A DNA stretch of 64,000 bases from NCBI GenBank assembly GCA_963730285.1, contig CAVSQY010000008.1:265987-329986 (forward strand). Reading direction: 5' to 3'. This DNA comes from an uncultured Actinomycetes bacterium (GTDB lineage: Bacteria > Actinomycetota > Acidimicrobiia > Spongiisociales > ZC4RG35). Below, piece by piece: positions 59,281 through 64,000 of the stretch. The first letter of the stretch is position 1. Each line of letters opens with the position of its first letter. A model generated the notes under the pieces. That model searched no databases, was not told the DNA's origin, and was given only the letters and a program-made list of their open reading frames with translations. The position numbers were made by a program, and so were the translations under genes.

Positions 59281-61025
59281 TTGGCACGGCCGGGCACGTC
59301 GATCATGGCAAGTCGACCCTGATCAAGGCCTTGACCGGGCGGGACCCAGACCGTTGGGACGAGGAAAAGCGCCGGGGACTGACCATCGATCTTGGCTTTG
59401 CCTGGACGACCCTCCCCAGCGGGGTCGAAGTCTCTTTCGTCGACGTGCCGGGGCACGAGCGATATCTGAAGAACATGTTGGCCGGGATCGAGGCCATCGA
59501 CGTGGCCCTCTTCGTGGTGGCGGCCGACGAAGGGTGGATGCCCCAATCCGAAGAGCACCTGGCCGTCCTCGATCTACTCGGCATCGAGCGAGGCGTGGTC
59601 GCTCTCACGAAGATCGATGCCGTCGACGAGGAAACCACCGAGCTGGCCACACTCGAGATCCAGGATCGACTTGCAGGGAGCCGATTGCACGACTCTCCGA
59701 TCGTGGCGGTCAGTGGTCGCACCGGGGAGGGTGTTGACCAGCTCCGAACTGCCCTCGGCGAGCTTGCCGCAGGAGTCGCAAGTGGAGGCGAACGGCCGCG
59801 GCTTTGGGTCGATCGCGCATTCTCGGTGGCCGGCGCCGGCACCGTGGTCACGGGGACCCTCACCGAGGGCCCCCTCGAGGTCGGCCAGGAGATCACGGTG
59901 TTCCCGTCCGAGGCCACCGCCCGAATTCGAGGGATGCAGAGCCACGAGCACGAACTGGACCGAGCCGAGCCTGGTCGGCGCCTGGCCGTGAGCCTCGGAG
60001 GCGCCGACAAGACTGGGACCCCGCGTGGGTCCATGCTCGGGTTGGCCGGTCAATGGAGCCCCACCAGCCGCTTCACGGCGCGTCTGGCTCTCGCCCGTTA
60101 TGTCGAGGTGTTCCCGGACAAGGGTTCGTTTCACCTCCACATCGGTAGCGGCGCGTTGCCGGCAAGAGTCCGAATACTCGAGGACGACCTGGGATTGATC
60201 TCGATCGCGGAAGAGTTGCCGCTGCGATCCGGTGATCGATTCATACTGAGAGAAACCGGCCGAAAGCTGGTCGTCGCGGGCGGGATCCTCGTTGATCCAT
60301 CACCGCCTAGGGGGCGCAGGTCGATCCTGGCGTGCCCTCAGTTCGACCCCCTCGGGTCAGCGGACTCGATTGCCACGGCACTGTTGGCAGGGCGTGGCTT
60401 GGAACAGGTGGATCGTCTCGAGGCTCAATCAGGCGGCGGCCAACCGACAGGCGCCATCAGGGTCGGCTCCACTGTCGTCACTCCTGACCGGTTCGGGGGA
60501 TACGGCATCGAAGCGGTGGAGATGGTGCAAGCACACCACGACAAGCACCCTCTGCGGCCAGGTATCCCCCTTGCGACCCTTGCGACCACGTTGGCGATAT
60601 CCACCGAGCTCACCGATCGACTGGTTCAAGATTCCGACCACCTGACGAGGAACGGGCCGGACGTGGCCGTGATCGGCCATCGACAGGAGATGACCGGTGA
60701 GATGAGAGAGCGATGGGCGCGGGCACGGGATCTGTTGGCACCGTCGCTCAGCGTCCCGAACGTGTCGGAGCTCGGCCTCGATCAAGAGCTACTCCATCTC
60801 CTCGGCCGAACTGGCCAGCTTGTCAGAGTCTCGGCCGATCTCGCCTTTCTCCCCGAGCAGATGGCGGAGATCGAGGACGAGCTGGCAAAGATCGGTTCAC
60901 CCTTCACCGTGGCGCAGTTCCGTGACGCGACTGGGCTGACGCGGAAGTATGCAATCCCGATCCTGGAATGGGCGGACAACCAGGGCATCACCCAGCGGCA
61001 GGGGGACACCCGGATCTTGAGATGA
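59271..61025 (+). CDS. selB: Selenocysteine-specific translation elongation factor
   Basis: GTPase motifs (AGHVDHGKSTL, DVPGHE, TKID), EF-Tu-like domains II/III and C-terminal winged-helix SECIS-binding extension; TTG start overlaps the selA 3' end by 10 nt. Confidence 0.88.
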   Translation: MPLIGTAGHVDHGKSTLIKALTGRDPDRWDEEKRRGLTIDLGFAWTTLPSGVEVSFVDVPGHERYLKNMLAGIEAIDVALFVVAADEGWMPQSEEHLAVLDLLGIERGVVALTKIDAVDEETTELATLEIQDRLAGSRLHDSPIVAVSGRTGEGVDQLRTALGELAAGVASGGERPRLWVDRAFSVAGAGTVVTGTLTEGPLEVGQEITVFPSEATARIRGMQSHEHELDRAEPGRRLAVSLGGADKTGTPRGSMLGLAGQWSPTSRFTARLALARYVEVFPDKGSFHLHIGSGALPARVRILEDDLGLISIAEELPLRSGDRFILRETGRKLVVAGGILVDPSPPRGRRSILACPQFDPLGSADSIATALLAGRGLEQVDRLEAQSGGGQPTGAIRVGSTVVTPDRFGGYGIEAVEMVQAHHDKHPLRPGIPLATLATTLAISTELTDRLVQDSDHLTRNGPDVAVIGHRQEMTGEMRERWARARDLLAPSLSVPNVSELGLDQELLHLLGRTGQLVRVSADLAFLPEQMAEIEDELAKIGSPFTVAQFRDATGLTRKYAIPILEWADNQGITQRQGDTRILR

Positions 61026-61040
61026 GGGAGTCGGCCGGGC

Positions 61041-61280
61041 TCAGCCGACCAGGGTGGCACTCCTCCGCTCGACCTCCGTGAGCCCGCCCCAGATCCCGAA
61101 TGGCTCCCGAATCTCGATGGCGTGCATGGTGCACGGTTCTTTCACCGGACACACTCCGCAAATGGCCTTAGCCTTCGTTTCCCTGCGCTCCCGCTCGTCT
61201 TTGCGCTCGAACGTTGAAGGCGGGAAGAAGAGATAGGCATGGCTACCCCGACACAGCGCGTCGAGCTGCCAATCGTCCAT
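61041..61280 (-). CDS. WhiB-family transcriptional regulator (WhiB1/WhiD-like)
   Basis: MDDWQLDALCRGSHAYLFFPP..., C-x2-C-x5-C (CGVCPVKEPC), GIWGG; GGAGGAG RBS 13 nt upstream; the longer track ORF is read-through. Confidence 0.82.
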   Translation of the reverse strand: MDDWQLDALCRGSHAYLFFPPSTFERKDERERRETKAKAICGVCPVKEPCTMHAIEIREPFGIWGGLTEVERRSATLVG

Positions 61281-61390
61281 GGTGGACAATTCGACTCCTC
61301 CCTGTCTAGCGACAACCGGTCGGAACCTACTCACATGGATTGCCAGCGACCAGGAAGAATTTGGGAACTGCAAATTCAGTTTTCGCGATC

Positions 61391-62617
61391 TCACTCCGGA
61401 CGGTCATCACCGACCGGGTCTACTTCGAGGAACATCCCATCCACACCCAACACGATCACCTGGTGTCCCGCCGCAATTCCGGCTTCTCGATGGGCGGTTG
61501 CCCTCCAGCGAGCACCACGTACCTCGACCAGCCCATCCGGGCCGAAGTCGACCAACGCCACGCCCCCCACCCCGACCAACCAGTCACGCCCGATGGTCTG
61601 GGTGGAGAAGCGCGCCCGTTGCACCGTCGGCATGGCCAGCAGGAAAAAGAAGAGCGCGGCCAGGACCGATGGCAGGACGAGATACCAGCGGGGGTCGATC
61701 TGACCTGACCCGTCGACGAACCAAGACCCACCCAGTTGGAGCATGACCGCACCGAGCAGGGTGAGCACCAGCACCCCGCCCCGCTGATAGGCCGCAGTGA
61801 GCAGCGCCCAGCCAAGGACGGAAAGACCGAGTGCCCATGGGCGGACAGGCAGGTTCACCACTCCCCACGAGGCAAGGAGCAGGGATATCGCACTCACGCC
61901 GGCCGCCACACCGGGACCGATGGCGAAGAACTCGAATGAGGCGATTGCCAGACCGACAACCAGAAAGAAGAAGGCGGCCTCAGGTGTCGCCGCAAGGCGA
62001 AAGAACCTGGTCGCCAAACCCGGCTTCTGAAAAGTCACCGTCTTGAGTGTCACCCCGTTCTCGAACGGCTTGATGGTCTGGACCGTGACCGCGCCATTCG
62101 CCGTCTTGAAGGTGACGCCGTTGAGATCCTGGAGGAACTGTCGAATGGTGGCCTGCAGGCTCAAACCGGTGTCTTCGGCCGCAACCCGGCCCTCGTAACC
62201 GGGCTCGCCCGTCATGTCGGGAGTGTCGTCCCCGGGCACTGTCGGCGATGAGAGACCCATCTCTGCTCCCGGGGCGATGGCCTTGTGGTCCCCGGCCATG
62301 ACCAACGCCACGACACCGCCAAGGGCGCTGGCCGGCGCCGGGCCTACCCAGACAGCAACTGGAAGCGGCGGGCTCTCCACCAATGTGACCAGGTCCTCGA
62401 GGGCGTCGCGGTCGAGGACGGCCGGTGAATCGATCTGTAGCACTGCCAGCTCTTGACCCGACGCTGCAGCTGCATCGATCGAGTCAGCCATGAACCGCAG
62501 GGCCAGCGAATCGAGTGGGCCGCTGACGTCGATGACGTCTATGCCTCCCTCATCAGATTGGGCGAGCACCACGATCGGGATCAGCAGGATCGAGGCAATG
62601 AGGATCAATCGGCGCAA
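61391..62617 (-). CDS. NfeD family protein, long form (ClpP-class serine-protease-like domain, TM segment, C-terminal OB-fold)
   Basis: Signal sequence, ClpP/SppA-like N-domain, multi-TM region, C-terminal beta-barrel (GHQVIVLGVDGMFLEVDPV); no SPFH partner adjacent. Confidence 0.75.
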   Translation of the reverse strand: MRRLILIASILLIPIVVLAQSDEGGIDVIDVSGPLDSLALRFMADSIDAAAASGQELAVLQIDSPAVLDRDALEDLVTLVESPPLPVAVWVGPAPASALGGVVALVMAGDHKAIAPGAEMGLSSPTVPGDDTPDMTGEPGYEGRVAAEDTGLSLQATIRQFLQDLNGVTFKTANGAVTVQTIKPFENGVTLKTVTFQKPGLATRFFRLAATPEAAFFFLVVGLAIASFEFFAIGPGVAAGVSAISLLLASWGVVNLPVRPWALGLSVLGWALLTAAYQRGGVLVLTLLGAVMLQLGGSWFVDGSGQIDPRWYLVLPSVLAALFFFLLAMPTVQRARFSTQTIGRDWLVGVGGVALVDFGPDGLVEVRGARWRATAHREAGIAAGHQVIVLGVDGMFLEVDPVGDDRPE

Positions 62618-62686
62618 GACGCAGGCAGGTTAGGGCTCGTCGCCAGCTAGGGGCCCGCCGAGATCCACGGCTATCGTCCCGGACGC

Positions 62687-63040
62687 ATGACCAAGGTGCT
62701 CGTCGTCTCCGATTCCACATGGGTCATCAACGACGTGTTCGCTTCCCTGGGATCCCCAGAATGGGACATCGAGACCGTCGACGACCCCAAGACCGCAGCC
62801 GCGGTCGCCTACGAGACCGGTGCAGACATAGTGATCGCCGACCTCCAGATTCACGCCATGGGTGGCATGGCGGTGATCCGGGACATCTCTGCCGATTTCG
62901 AGGGAGAGAAGAGGCCCAGGCTGGTGATGCTCCTTGACCGAGAGGCCGACGCGTTTCTGGCCCGACGGGCGGGGGCAGATGCCTTCGTGGTCAAGCCTTT
63001 TCAGGCGCCCGAGTTGCGTGAAGCAATGCGCGCGGGCTGA
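62687..63040 (+). CDS. Stand-alone response-regulator receiver domain with degenerate acidic pocket
   Basis: CheY-like fold (VLVVSDS..., IVIADLQIHAMGG, VVKPF); the usual DD pair is replaced by SDS and the conserved Thr by Leu. Confidence 0.7.
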   Translation: MTKVLVVSDSTWVINDVFASLGSPEWDIETVDDPKTAAAVAYETGADIVIADLQIHAMGGMAVIRDISADFEGEKRPRLVMLLDREADAFLARRAGADAFVVKPFQAPELREAMRAG

Positions 63041-63204
63041 GTGGGCGGGAATGGCCAATAGGCGCGCCCGGGCGATTGGCGAAGCCTTGATTCGCCCATC
63101 GACATCTGACAACACCTGGTGTATACCGAATCCATGGCGTCCCTAGAACTTTCCTTCGGGCCCGAGACCCTGTCGCCGCGGCCTCTGGACATGAGAGTGT
63201 CTGC

Positions 63205-63831
63205 GTGACGACCACCGGAGACCGGCGAGACGCCCTGAGAACAGTCCTCGCGACATTCGAGGGTCGCACCTCAACGGAGAGCGCCGTTGAAGGTCTCATC
63301 GACGGGGGAATCCAGCGCTCCTCGATCGGGGTCATTTGGAGGGACCAGTCGGTGCGCCAACCCGAGGAAGTAACCGTCGTCGAGTTCCAACGACACTTCG
63401 AAGGGCCCGGCCCTGAAGCGGGCAAGGGCGCAGTTGGGGGCCTGGTAGGGGGTGGAGTCGCCGGGGCGGGGACGGTGCTTCTCGCCTCGGCCGGAGTGGC
63501 ACTGATACCCGGGCTTGGGGCCGTTCTGGCTGCAGGCACCGCCGCGGCGGCCTTGGCTGCTGCCGCCGCCGGAGCCATCGGTGGTGGTGTAGCCGGTGGC
63601 CTGATTGGCGCTCTTCTCGGAGCCTCCGATCGAGATGCGACCGAAGTTCGAGTCGACCGCACCTGGTACCAGGATGTCGTCGAAAGTCGCGGCTTCGTCC
63701 TCACGGTCGATGTGAACGATGCCTCAGTGGACCGAACCGTCGAGATCATGAGGAGCCTTGGAGGTCAGAACATCACCGTCTTGGGCAAGAGGGACGAGAT
63801 GCGACAAGCGATCGATCGATCGAAACCCTGA
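63205..63831 (+). CDS. Hypothetical protein with central Gly/Ala-rich glycine-zipper membrane segment
   Basis: GAVGGLVGGGVAGAGTVLLASAGVALIPGLGAVLAAGTAAAALAAAAAGAIGGGVAGGLIGALLGA flanked by soluble domains; general-stress-protein-like. Confidence 0.5.
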   Translation: MTTTGDRRDALRTVLATFEGRTSTESAVEGLIDGGIQRSSIGVIWRDQSVRQPEEVTVVEFQRHFEGPGPEAGKGAVGGLVGGGVAGAGTVLLASAGVALIPGLGAVLAAGTAAAALAAAAAGAIGGGVAGGLIGALLGASDRDATEVRVDRTWYQDVVESRGFVLTVDVNDASVDRTVEIMRSLGGQNITVLGKRDEMRQAIDRSKP

Positions 63832-63909
63832 AATAGCCCCCACTTCCATCTCCGATTCTCCCGGATAGTCTGATGGGGGGACAACTGGGAGACTTGAGAG
63901 GAGCGAAGC

Positions 63910-64000
63910 ATGAGTGCCTATAGGGCGAAGCTTCGGATCAATGATCAGGCAGACGCGCCCGTTGGCGTCGAGATCGACCTCACCGATGAGCGGATGAGGA
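63910..64000 (+). CDS. Hypothetical protein, 3'-truncated by window edge
   Basis: ATG at 63910 after a GAGAGGAG RBS; only 30 codons visible (MSAYRAKLRINDQADAPVGVEIDLTDERMR). Confidence 0.35.
   Translation, partial: MSAYRAKLRINDQADAPVGVEIDLTDERMR

Noticed and set aside
61281-61390. tRNA-Sec (selC) candidate next to selB, beginning GGAAGAAUUUGGG
   Set aside because: No acceptor/T-arm complementarity, a 6-nt rather than 7-nt putative anticodon loop and no GGTTCGA-type T-loop. The region is better explained as the whiB 5' UTR with its GGAGGAG ribosome-binding site.

Overview
This is a high-GC chromosomal segment from an actinobacterium. It is gene-dense, many consecutive genes overlap by ATGA or GTGA, and almost all content is housekeeping. 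No transposase, integrase, CRISPR array or recognisable defence island was found.

Gene content from left to right:
- The dnaK-grpE-dnaJ-hspR heat-shock operon (dnaK is 5'-truncated by the window edge), with an extra translationally coupled small ORF after hspR.
- A CapA-family protein on the opposite strand.
- mscL, followed by a PadR regulator, a fusion protein (HAAS/DUF1700-like N-terminal domain, membrane segment, NfeD OB-fold) and an SPFH/stomatin protein.
- A long minus-strand block:
  - a complete trpE-G-D-C-F-B-A operon with a type-Ibeta DAHP synthase fused to its 3' end by overlapping codons;
  - upstream of trpE, a textbook attenuator: a promoter, a Trp-rich leader peptide (W-L-W-A-W), and competing antiterminator and terminator hairpins;
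  - an upstream envelope operon of CapA paralog, PQQ-type beta-propeller and lipoprotein;
  - three tandem polar-amino-acid ABC transporter cassettes;
  - dxs, split by a frameshift;
  - a phosphate two-component system (HK and RR) with phoU and pstBACS, a two-unit PHO box in front of pstS, and ppk.
- A TetR regulator divergent from an acidic-tailed membrane protein.
- A WhiB-like regulator, an MFS transporter, glnA and an atypical GlnR-like regulator.
- A MetB-type PLP enzyme, an ALDH7-type dehydrogenase and RidA.
- A disrupted paralog of an intact membrane gene at 18.9 kb that resembles the N-terminal sensor module of a histidine kinase but has no kinase domain.
- Fe-S carriers ErpA and Mrp, then RDD, M23 peptidase, MBL hydrolase and NUDIX genes.
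- selA and selB (selenocysteine machinery) with no selC, selD or selenoprotein gene visible in the window.
- A second WhiB, a long-form NfeD with no SPFH partner, and a degenerate receiver-only protein.

The two most distinctive systems are the trp attenuator and the PadR / HAAS-NfeD fusion / SPFH module next to mscL.
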